DNA of 63,747 nt, the filler included, from Bipalium vagum (lineage: Eukaryota): the NCBI GenBank assembly GCA_037834085.1. It is 3 parts of 3 records of this genome, joined end to end, with 100 filler letters (N's around TTAATTAATTAA, not from the genome) between each part and the next. Parts side by side here need not be neighbours in the genome. Positions count along the whole stretch, not along the records: positions 24,608 to 47,914 come from JBBMKC010210706.1; positions 48,015 to 63,747 come from JBBMKC010148847.1; 1 more part is not named here. The stretch is one strand, 5' to 3'. The notes under the pieces were generated by a model. That model worked only from the letters and a program-made list of their open reading frames with translations, was not told where the DNA came from and did not search any database. Shown in pieces: positions 38,902-51,500 of the stretch; position 1 is the stretch's first letter, and every line of letters begins with the position of its first letter. A program made the translations under genes and the position numbers.

Positions 38902-40699
38902 ATTAAAATTGGTAAATTATAATTGTTATAGTAACTGATAAGTAAAACAAATGATAAATACATTTAAAGAATTAACAAAAAATAAATAATTGAAATATAA
39001 AAAATTAAGTCACGTTTTATTTTGGCAATCTAAATAAAAATTAATAAATTTACTTAAAAGTCTAATTAAATTAGATTAATTTAACAAATATAAGTAATTT
39101 GATTAAAAATAATTATTTTATTAATACAATTTTATAGGTCTATCAGTATTCTAGTTGTATATTTTCAATCTTTTGTTCAACTCTTTTATATTTCAGCTAT
39201 ATATAAATAAGTTTTTACTCAAAATATTAATATTTGCATATTAAACAACCTGATGTATCTAACTCCAAAGTCTTTGGTTACGGTTAGGTTCACATTAATT
39301 CTACGGATAACAACAATCAGCTTTATTAAACTACTAATCGAAAATAAACAAATTTTACAGTCAATTATAGTTAATTTACTCCCCGAGTTAATAATTTCCA
39401 CCAATACTCTACTCAATACAGCGTTAATAACGAGATATCCTAAATATAAGAAAATAATTTCAAAGGAATTTCCCTAAATAATAAACAAAATAAATTATTA
39501 AATTTTACTTTACAATAAGAAAAGTTTTATGATTATATTACGTTACACACAAAATGAACCCTCTCGTCGTATAGATTAAGGTAGGACTATGGACAATCCA
39601 CGAAATCCCTTGCAGACCAATCAAGGACGTTCAAGCTCGACGGAGTCTAACCAACAAGAAAATCTTAAAACCATATTTTTTCCAATTATTCGCTATCTTT
39701 CTTACAATCACAGTATTTTTTCTTTTTAAAAAATCAATAACAATCTTTTTCTCTGTAATTCGAAATCAATAATAAGTTTTTTCTCTCCGTTTTTAATCTT
39801 TGAGCAAAATTTGAGTTATGTTTTTAAATTATTATTATTATTTTAAGTGCAATTAATATGATTACACAATACAACCCCAATCAAAATTAAATTAGAACTA
39901 ATTTAAATAAAAAATCTGTAAAATGAAATGTCATATAAGAAATAAGTGTTAAAATTAATTAATTTTTTATATTTTCCAATTAACTGTAATTTTAAGAAAT
40001 TAAGAAGCAAATTATATACATATACATATATTTATATAGAAAGACTCCGATAATCCATGGATGGATGCTACTAAGCCAGTAACTCCTCACTGTGTATGGA
40101 AATGAAGTCGTGGAATTCTTCTTCAAAAATTGGTGGTCTTTCTGAAATATGGTGACCGGGACAAAGCCCTCTTCATTCTACGCCAACATCTAGTCAGATC
40201 ATGAGTAGGTACCGCGATGAGAAGGTTTTAAAATCTCAATTGGTTAAGTAAACGCTTAAGCAAAGGAATGCATTATACATATTATAATATTTATATTTGT
40301 AATATAGAATGTGTTTAAGATATAAGGTATACAGAAGGGTAAAGAGTTGCTAAAATCCCCTAATCTTGGAGTAATTAAGGAAACTTTTCCTACAAAATTA
40401 TTGTATTTTACATCGTGAAATATTAATAATTTTGTTGTGTATAAAAATAAAATTGTTTCTTAATTTTTAAATAATATGTAGTAAAAAATATGATCTTGAA
40501 TTTTTTCATAAACCTTTGTGATAATTAGTCTTGTTTGGTTTTAATAAGTATTTAAAGATATTATAATAATTTTTATTACTAAATCCAAATCTTAATCGTT
40601 TGACTGATAATTTCAATTTGTATTTGCCTATGAATTATCATAAATATAAAGTGATTAAATAATCATCGTAATGATCATAAGATGACTGCGCTCAAAGTG

Positions 40700-41400
40700 C
40701 AGTTCACATAACTCTTTTTACTTTATTAACTTTCTTCTACCAAATTTTAAATAAGATATCTCCTACGAACTTAATTCTTTCATGATTATTCAGTGTTCAT
40801 TTCCACAAATCTCCTCCGTGAAATTTTTATATTTTCAAGATACCATGGACATATCAAAACTTTTGCACACAATCCTGTATTTATAACAAAAAGCAAATGA
40901 TAACTACAAATTTTACAGTTCCCCATAATCACCATGCACGATAATGCATTTATTCCACTGTTCCTCAAGTTTCTTCAAATTATTTAGAAGAGAACTACTA
41001 CATGAAGTTCTTCACAGCTGCCTTTATCTCACATTCACTCGTGAAATGAACACTTCGGAGGGGATCTTTCATGGGACTAAATAGGTGTTAATCGTTAGTT
41101 TCTAGGTCTGGAAAATACGTAGGGTGTAGAAACAATTGCCACTTCTCTTCAAGGATTTTGGCCATATAAATGTCTATGTTATGGATTCTGGCACTGTCTT
41201 GTGACAGAAAAGGTCAGTAAGAAAGCTTTCCGGAAAGAATTCCTGAAAAATTGTTGCGCAAAGTTTGAAGCAAATCGTTGTAATAGGCACTATCGATGGT
41301 ATGCTTTGAAGGACAGAAGTCCACGTGAATAAGTCCAACTGATATTTTCCAACTGATGGGACTGACTCGGCATGAACCAAGCATTGTTCACCAGATTAGT
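40700..41400 (-). mobile_element. Decayed mariner-like remnant
   Basis: Reverse strand shows KWQLFLHPTYFPDLETND*HLFSPMKDP, a degenerate HPPYSPDLAP.DY.LF motif. Confidence 0.7.
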
Positions 41401-42345
41401 GTAAGTACTAAAGTACAGTGTAAATACTAAAGGCATTGGCGCTTGTTTTTAAAATGCATTATTGTGGCAAAATTGTTTGTCAACGACAGTAATGCGTCTT
41501 ATTTCTTATTTATTAGTCTTTTTAGAAGTAAAATGTGTAGGACATTTAAATACCAAAATTTTATTTTCTAAGATAAATTTTCTTCACAGATGTACTCCGT
41601 CGATGTTAATCTGTACAGGCATGGTTATCTTTTGTTGAATTCCGATAATTCGATTTCATTAGAAACACCAGAATAAATAAATCTTCCCACTAAATTCCAC
41701 ATTTATTTTAAAAATAGTCATTCTTTTTACGAAAAAAATTATTCAACCAGACTCTTAAATAATATTATACTATATAATAGTTTGAAACTATAATTCGAAA
41801 ATTAACTTATAAATATAATTAATATTATTTGGTAAGTTTTTCCAGGATCAGGTAAATAAAACCCGCATAATTTATAACTATTAAATAAATCTTAATAAAA
41901 GTATAATAAATTTTTAATTTGTCATTTAATTTAAGACGTTCAACTTTTTAATTAGATAATTAAAGTTGTTAAATTGATATATTCTCTAAGAATAGACGAA
42001 AATGTTTGGGAATCTTTGCTTATTTAATTTTTTAATAACGCTAAATACTAATTTTAGAAACAGTGGTGTCATTATCCATCCAGGGTAAAACAATAGGTAA
42101 CAAAAATATAAATTAGTTTTCCATTGATTTGATATTAAATATATCAATATTTATTTCTAATTGTCATTAATCGGTTGATCTTTAGCATATTGGATCATCA
42201 GTATTGAGTAAGTACTTAAGTGCATTAATAAAATTCTCATAACTACTTATTTTATTAATATTAAGGTTACTTACGTAAAAGTTATTTTAATATCAATAAT
42301 ACATTTTATTGCAAACATATTTGATGATAATATAATAAATTTAAT

Positions 42346-45300
42346 ATGAAGATTTTATATATTTTTCCAGTTGGTTTCATATTGAATTTGATTTTCGTTT
42401 TCGAATTCCATAACTGTGCGTTTTTTATTAACTGGTTTTATTTGCTTATGTTATTTAGGCTTCATCAGAGTTAAGAGGATAATTGGAGGTGAACCAGATA
42501 ATTCTACGGATCATGGATTTATTGTTGCTTTAATTGGCAAAAAAGGATATTCATGGGACGTACTTAACATATGGGGTGAATATCGTGAAGTTTACTGTAG
42601 TGGAGCATTAATAAGTGATCAGTGGATCGTTACAGCTGCACACTGTTTTAATGCTATTAAAGAAATCGAGGAAGGAGATAACAATTATCAAAATGACAAA
42701 TATCACAATGACGAAGAGGAAGGAGATTATGAACAGGAAGATGAAAAGCTAAGGCAAGTTCAAAATGGACAAAAAAAAATTAAAAAACCTATAAAAACAA
42801 ATTCTTTACCGGATATTATTGAGTATGTTAACAATGTAAATTTTTCCTTTAGATTTTAATCTGTTCATTTTAGTTTCACAGTTCCTAGTTACTGGAAGGT
42901 CAGGGTAGCAGTTAAAAATCTTAAGGTTAGAATTTACATCCTATGGATATGTTATTAAAATAACTATGGTTTTTATAATACTTTAAAGTGTTTTTTATAA
43001 ATTAAGAAATTTAATAATATTTTAATATAATATTATTTTATTTCAATATTTAAATATATCACCTGCACGTAAGTAATTGTATTACAAAATTATCGAAAAT
43101 TTTAACTTAAATTTCTTTTCTCAGATCTTTTTTTATCAATAAAATATATTTATTTTTACAGAGCACTAATTAATAATTATTATATTTATTATTTTCTATT
43201 AAACTATTGGTTTAACAAATTATTTTAGGTATAATTTGTAAATGTTCTAACGTCAGAGATTTGTAGTATACTTTTATTATGTATTACGTAAAATAGACAT
43301 CATTACTGTTCTGTTGTATTTTTAAACATAAATTTTTGATGTTGAATATTTTCTAACATTTTAATTCTAAAAAATTAAAATCGCTTTTAGAATATTTTTT
43401 CATAAGTTCATCAGTAAAATCCACACTTGACAGCGGTTAGTTTATAATTTATTTTTAAGTTTTTTAATAGTTTCATTTAAATAATATTGATATAACCATG
43501 TTTATTAATTTTGGGCAGGTAAAGTTATTACGAAAAACAAAGAAAGTGGAATTTTTTTATTTATCTGTAATTTTTCAATTTAATATGGTTGTACTTTAAT
43601 TTTTTAATATATCATTTCCCAAATAAAAAAATGATAAAAAGCGCAACCATTGGCTTGTTAGAGGGTGTTTTATCTCAAGCTGTGATGGCACGTAAATTGG
43701 GACATTCAAGATGATCTGTCCAGTATGGTTGGACTAAATGGTAAACCATAAATGCAAGCAAAAATCATCATAGACCAACCAAGCTGCGTGTGACTTATGA
43801 TAGAGATGAGTGGATATTAGTGAAAAGCATGAAACATAATCGATATGTTCCATTTCGAATTCTAACTACCAGTTTTGTTGTGAAAATGTTATTAGCATTT
43901 AGTAGGCGTGCTCTAAAATTTGGCTACCACTCTAGGCGATCATTGATTAGATTTCCCTGTCATATTCTCATAAGCATGATCATTTAATGTCAATCAAGGA
44001 GCGAATGAAAAAAGAACAAGTACATTTGAATACAATTATTTTTCTGACGAACTATGTTTTAAATTGAACTTTAATGATAAAAGGGTCCAAGTGCATCGTC
44101 AAATTTCTGACAGGTTTAATTAACAATGCATTGTACAAAATGACCCCTATGTTGTAAGTAGTGTTATGGCTTTGGATGCTATTGGATATAGCTTCAGATG
44201 AATATTGATTTTTACTTATCGAGTTCTAAATGCAGATCCGATACATTTGGAAAGTTTAACTGTACCGGTTTTTCTCTGTTGGACATTATACTAAACCTAT
44301 AATTTGCGCTTTATAATCAGAGTGGACTTTCCGCATCGTTCTCACAAGACTCATTAGAAGAAATATGAATCGTAATTCTTCGATGACTATACCTCAACTT
44401 CAGTTTTGTTTATTTCTTGTTTTTTTGTAATAAATGTTATCTAACACTTATGAACATGAATATATTTTTTATGAGAAAAAAAACAAACTTTTACTAACCT
44501 AATATAATATTTAACGTAAATAAAATCTTATTTAGATTCAACATGAAATTTACTAAACTGAAATGTAAAATAATTCAGAGAATTTATATAATTATAAAAT
44601 TTTAATATAAAAAAATTAAATAAACATCTCATTAATTATAAATTTTATTTTTCAGCCTACTATTAAGGAAACCGTTCTTAATTTTATAAATAAATTCCTT
44701 CACAAATCCACTCCAAGTACATATTATAAAATATCGAAAATAGTTCAACATCCAGGATATTCACCATGTAAATTTCGTCGAAAATGAATTAAATATTTTA
44801 TTGTGCATAAGTAGGGCATTTAGAAAATGATGTGGCCTTGGTGAAATTGAAGCACAAATTGAAAAATTTCAATGACACAAAATATCAAATTATTGCTCTA
44901 ACAAATTTTAGTCAGAATGAAGAGTGGCCTTCGCCTGGACAGGTACTATTTTTACTTTTGTAACTATTGTGTAAAAATATTTAATATAATAAAATTTACA
45001 TATTTTAATGACTAAAAATGTCACACGTGTTTAAATAAGCTATAATGACTTACAGATTTCCGTTTATTCAAAACCATCATCACATTTTTCATTTAATAAC
45101 ATTATATAATAAATAATAATAAAGCCATTTTTCTTTCAATATCAATAGACATCAGTAAAAAGAAAATTGTCTATTAAACATAATAAATTCATAAAATAAT
45201 TTTTTACATTTTATTTGAAAAAAATTGAAAAATTGTTTAAAATAAACTAATAACAGTCAAAATAATCTTTTGTATAATTTTTATTCTCAAACTTTTAATT

Positions 45301-46775
45301 AAATTTAAAATGAAATTCATCAGAAACTAAATTATCAAAGATCTCAAAATATCAAAACCCTTATTTCAAAGATATTATTAATTTAAGCCTTATTTATTAA
45401 CTTTTATTTATTTATTAATTATTTATTAATTTTTTTATTTCTTAATTTTATTATTATTATTTTTTATTATTATTATTATTAGAAATGTAAATTCCCTTTT
45501 TAGACACTTATCGTTAAATCTTTACCTAATTGTGGACCCTGACCTAAGATTTTAAAAATATTATTTGATTATTATTTCATTTTTTTATTATATCTATTAT
45601 TTCTCCAGATCCTTTAGCGGTCTTACTATTTGATGGGTTGAAGGGATGTGCCTTTGTCCAACCTATAAATCGCTTATCGTAATTGGTATCGATATTGTTA
45701 AATGAACCTCAATGAGCTTTTGAAACTCAAAAATTTTGATACTATAAGAAACTCAGGATTAAAGTTGAAACTTAGACAAATTTTTTGTCACTTTAATTTT
45801 TAAAAGTTTGACTTAATTTTTTGGTTAGAATTAGCCTGGACATCAATTGTTTGAATTACTTTTCGACTTCATGTGGTATTTTTATTAATTTTAAAATTAC
45901 TTAAGCAGGATCTTGCAACCATTTCTGAAACACGAGTTCTTTTTACTAATCAATTACGCAATTGTTGAGTAACTTTAAACGCACTTGGATTCGCTCTTTG
46001 ATAAAAACTCAGAGTTCTACGTTTCATACTGATGTATAATATATAAGCATAAATAAACTTTCAATAAAAAAAGATTAAGATAACGTTTTAACTAGATAAT
46101 AACAATTATGTTTATAAATCTTTAAAAACTAAAAAATTACGAAACATTGTGATTTGTTTAAAATTTAATTAATTTCTAATTAATGAAAACATATTAATTA
46201 CTAATTGATTAAAAATTAAAAATTATTTCAAATATTTTCATAGTATTAAATATTTTATATTATATTACTTTTATAATATAATATATTTTATTTTATTATT
46301 AATTAATTGATATATTATTTTCTTATGAAACGAAATACTAAAACAAAATCTCGGATGGTTTGACTTTAAAATTTAGGTATGCAAAGTTATCGGATGGGGC
46401 TGCACGAAATTTGAAGGTCCCATAATGAATGAGCCTTATTTTGTGGATCTCCCTGTTTTAAAATCCGATTACTGTAGACGAATTTATCGCACTGATATTA
46501 ACTTGACGGATTCTCAAGAATTTTGTGCAGGTTATTATGGAAATAATAAAGGAATTTGTTCTGTTAGACTAAATTTTAAACTGAATAATCGTTTTACTAT
46601 TTTATTATTAAAGGGTGACAGTGGAGGTCCACTTTTATGCAAAGAAGGAGATGTTTCAGTATTAGCTGGGATTGTATCTGCGACTCACATACTGAATCCA
46701 AGCAAATATCCCGGGATTTTTTCTAGAATTACTTATTTTAAAAACTGGATAAACGATGTGATAAGAAACGACTGA
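42346..46775 (+). CDS. Secreted S1A (chymotrypsin-family) serine protease, 7 exons (42346-42415, 42459-42822, 42874-42925, 44656-44767, ~44815-44943, ~46377-46562, ~46614-46775)
   Basis: Signal peptide, RVKR|IIGG activation site, CSGALISDQWIVTAAHC, ENDVAL, VIGWG, FCAG, ICSGDSGGPL and YPGIFSRITYFKNWI. Splice phases are consistent. Confidence 0.93.
43510..44502 (+). mobile_element. Decayed Tc1-like element in a protease intron
   Basis: IIGLLEGVLSQAVMARKLG HTH text and IIFSDE; end tactaacctaata. Confidence 0.7.
45480..46000 (-). mobile_element. Tc1-like transposase fragment
   Basis: Reverse strand shows a decayed ESKCV*...VARSC HTH region and a KRFIGWTK (DE-motif region) remnant. Confidence 0.45.
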
Positions 46776-47914
46776 TTGTAACGAGAGAAATACAAAATAA
46801 ATGTAAATGAATATCGAACACGAAATTATTGCTTTCTTTCTGATACTGATCGAGTTGCAAATTTTCTTGTCTTAATGCAAATATTAATGAATATTTTAGA
46901 TATAGAAAATAATGATAATAATTTTTTCAATTTATAGAAAATGTAAAATTCTTAAAAATTATTTTCTTATTTTTCAATTTTTTTTCATTTTCCAATTTTT
47001 TTTTAAATCCCAAACACCGCAATATGCTCCCTTAACCCTTAATTATTTCTTATATTTTGTGATTTTTTCCCATTGACATACTAACATTTTAAACATTATA
47101 ATAAAAAAGAAAAAATATCAAAAAATCAACATTAAACATAAAATTTTGAATTATTACAATATCTTGATCTTTTAAAGCATCTTGATTTATCTATTATTAT
47201 ATACCCTATTGATATATTTAATTAATATAATAACATATTAATCTATAATAATCTATAATATTTTAATTGATAAAACGAATTTTATTTTATTTATGAAAAA
47301 ATGAATAGTTTAAAGTTCTTAATAAAAATATTTTCCTGCAAATTTTGTATTAATACAACTTTATTAATTTTGATTGAATATAGAAAATATAGATTTCCTT
47401 TGAAAGTTATAATGATAATAAAAATAAAAAACATGAAATCAAATTTCCTTTAATTATTAATCATCAAAAAAGGTTGGTTTTATTAAAAAACTTTATTTTG
47501 ATTCACATGGATTATTGTCTATACAAGAAATAGAAAAGTGAATATAAAATTGATTTTCAAAGTACAAATAATAAAATAGACTTCGAGTTTTCTGGGAAAT
47601 TGACTTTGTTGTTCCGAAAACTTGATACTTTAAATGAAATAAATATAATAAATAAAGTAATTAAACCATTTTAAATAATTATTAAATATCTCTATTTCCG
47701 TTTGATAAGATATTTTCTTTAATAAGATAATTTACTTATCTTTTGAAAAAAATATTCTCCCAATAACTAATTTTATTAAATTTTTTCAAATTTTATTCTG
47801 CTCTTAAAGGTCTTAAAGTTTTCAAAAATAAAAAATTTTAAATTTTTTGAATTATTTAAATCAAATTAAAAAATAATAAAGCAAATTATAAAATAAATAA
47901 ATAAATAATAATAA

Positions 47915-48015
47915 NNNNNNNNNNNNNNNNNNNNNNNNNNNNNNNNNNNNNNNNNNNNTTAATTAATTAANNNNNNNNNNNNNNNNNNNNNNNNNNNNNN
48001 NNNNNNNNNNNNNNT
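47915..48015. other. Assembly gap with artificial TTAATTAATTAA spacer
   Basis: N-run / spacer / N-run. Confidence 0.95.
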
Positions 48016-48510
48016 TGAATAATCAATCTTCCTGATCTATAATGGTTCTCATAAAGGATGATACAGTATTTGCGAATTTTAGCTGATGCGAATATGGTCG
48101 CAGAAATCTGTAGGCAATACCTCGTTCTGTCAGCAACTTAATAACCTGCAATTGGAACCTGCAATTATCCATCACCAATACATCCCAAGGATTTCGATCG
48201 AAATGATTACACAGCTTGTCACTAATAAAGTCCATTGAAAAATCCGTCTTTGATTTCGAAGCATAAAATGCCTGTTAATTTGATTTAATAAAAAACAGAT
48301 GACAAAACACTGAAACCTGACATTTTAATAGCAACGGTGCAGCTGATATTTTTGGCTGACTAAAATGTGATCAAATTTAAATAAAAAAATCGAATCTTTT
48401 TCTATATATTTCTGAATAATTTTCTATATATTTCTAAATAATTTTCTATATATTTGGAATAAATTTATATATATTTTGAATATTTTTCTATATATTTCTG
48501 CATAAACCTG
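48016..48510 (-). mobile_element. IS630/Tc1-like element fragment, same family as 59986-62220
   Basis: VLVMDNCRF...FLRPYSHQL. TIR ...tttctatatatttctgcataaacctg|ta with tandem subterminal repeats. Confidence 0.8.
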
Positions 48511-48591
48511 TAATAAGCGATTGTTAAATTCTAAATAGACTTATTTGTTTATATAATATATTAATATTAATTAAATTTTAGAATTATTTAA

Positions 48592-51500
48592 ATGAATACG
48601 ACTTTAGATAGTAATAATCTTTATGAAGGTGAAGCAGAAAGATTCAATCACATAGCAAACTATCTTGATATTTTTGCTGACATAATTGAAAAAATACAAA
48701 ATGTTACGGAAAAAGAAAATGCCAAGAAAGTTTTAAGTCGATTTGAAAGTTAATAAATATTATAAAATTTTAAGTTTTATGTCAATTAATATATAGATGC
48801 TGTCTTACAAAGTCCTGAATGGATATATAAGGATGGGATATCCGGTATAAATTTGGTTAGTTTTTTATTCAAAATTGTATATGAAAAAAAAATGTAGGGA
48901 ATATTTGGAACACCAAGTAGCGGGTGGAAAGAAGTGCTTACGAAATTTCTTGATAACCATTATCTAGAAGGTATTGAAGGTAATTTGTATTTGTTTCTTG
49001 ATCATGTTTTTCAATTTTTGTAGAAATGGGAATTCGTTTTAAACACGTTTTAAAATTATCTGATAAATCTAAATATTTACTTCTTATGAGACATGAGCGA
49101 GAAAGTATTCCAGATCGAAAGTTTTGTAAATGGGTAGATTGTGGAATGTTTGTTTTCAATTTGACAAATGAACGAAGTTTCAAAGACGCACTACTAAGTC
49201 ACAAAGAAGTAGTGTCCCATGTCAGTGACAGATCAACAACCGCTCCAATGGTTTTGGTTGGATGTAGAGGTAATTTGTTAGATGATTTTTAAAAAGATAA
49301 CAAGCAATACTTTATCAAAATATGATCAATTTTTATTTTACAATTTTTTCTAGTAAGCTCGTAGAATTTTTTTCTACGAATTTTTCTCTATCTTATTTTA
49401 GACTAAGCATAATTTTTTGGAATTTGTTTTTTATTAAACAAATCTTTGACCACCAGTGAATTTATTTTTATGTTTATTTATAGTCAATGAGGTTTTTTCA
49501 ATTCAACCGACAGTCTTTTAATTTATCTTTGAAGACCATGAAATCATTCTGATCACGATTGTATTAAAAATCTATCAAATCTAATGTTTCACTTGTTTTT
49601 CAATCTGAACTTGGTTCTCATTGTTGTTTAAATTACGACAAATGTGGGATTTATACTATTAATTATAGAAACCCTGCTCATGGAAATGTTTTTACAACAT
49701 TCTATTTGAGGTGTTTTTTGTCATTTAACTGATCGAGGTCTCATTGTTGTTAAAGTCTTAAATTATTGATTTTTTAATTGAACAATGTATTTGAATCATT
49801 GAATCGATTATCAAATAGAAATCGATTTTTAGTTTCCCGATAACAATAATAGATTGATCCTAGATGGGATAAGCGAAGAAACTCCACGAATAAAAACCTT
49901 CGTGGAAATGAAAGCCATTGCTCAACAATATGGGTTCGACGAATATATCGAAGTTCGACACGAAGAGGGATATAACATATTTTTCCTGTTCGAATTTTGT
50001 AAGTATTTCAATAATTAAGATTTTATTGATTTATCTCTCACTAAGGTACTCTAATCGCCAATAAATGGAAAAATAGTTCACGCGTTTTGTTAAGAAATGA
50101 AAATGTTCCCGTTCTCGGTTCAGTGATCGATATTGATTCCAGTTTGAATATGAAAAAGCGCAAAAACATAAAGCGTAAAACGTGTATTGACGAAGACTTT
50201 AAAACCCCTTCGGTAAAGATTTTTTTTATATAAAAAACTGATATGAAATAAGATTGAACCGTTTTCATTTCAGGCTCCTCCACAATTTAAAAAGGTATCC
50301 GATAATCGATTACCGGTACATTGTGATTTTTAATTTGTCTTTGCTTTTTATAATCCATTTTTAAACATTTTTTTTTCATTTCACAATTGAATTTCTTTTT
50401 AGAATGCTCCCAGAATAAATTTTCCACCTGAAAGTCCTCCCAATGAAAACAACGAGGTTTGCTTTGTATATATATATATATATCTATATAGTGAAATTAT
50501 TTTTATTGTTATTCTCTATCTTTGTGTTATTATTGATTATGATGACGGAAACTATGGCAGTGGAAACCACACCCTTGGATATGTTTTGATATCAACTTAT
50601 TTTTTCATCAGATTTTTCCTAGGTTTTATGGAGAAAATGTAGTAATAATTTCTGTTAATCATTGATTTTAATCACATGGAAGTTGGAATCTTTTTTAAAA
50701 CTATTTTTACAACATTTATGTAGTAACATTCAAATTCACTCACCTTACGAGATTTATCGATTTTTCAATTTCTAAAAATGTTTCTGTGTGTGTTTGTGCG
50801 AAATTGATCTTTTGTTTTTATTATCGATCGACAAACAATTGACTTTAGAGAAAAAATCAATGAAAACAAGCTTTTCCAAATATAGGAAATGATCAAGTAA
50901 TGATCATGGAATTTTGTCGACTGACATTATTTGATCACCTGCTGGGAAATATTTTTATTTACAACATTGATCAAAGGTTCACAACAATTTTTTCCTGTTC
51001 GAAAATCAATATTTTTCACAAAGAAATGAAATTAAAAGTACATGATTAAATACCATTTGTGATAGAAAATTGAAATTCTTTTCACTCATTGATATTGATT
51101 AATTTTGTTGAATATGTTTGGTGAATGTAGAGACACTTTTCGGAACATAATCTTCAAAGGATTGACAATGGGCAAGAGATAAAAGTGAGGATTTGTTTGG
51201 CTGTTTTTTTGCTCCCGTTTCTTAAAAATAAACTCGATAGTCATTTTTTGATTGAAAACAATTGTTTCTCGTTTAAAATTTAAAAACAAAATTAATTGGT
51301 GATACATGTTCAATTGGTGTTTGATCATTGACTGATCTCAATTGGTCTCACCTGGCTACCAATTATTGATTATTTGTGAATCAAAAATCAGTTTTAATTT
51401 TTGTTCGATAAGTTTAATATTGAATGTTTCGATCAAATTGATCATGGTGAAGTGTGCAGTAAAATATCAATATATTCGCTTATATGAAATATCGATCTGT

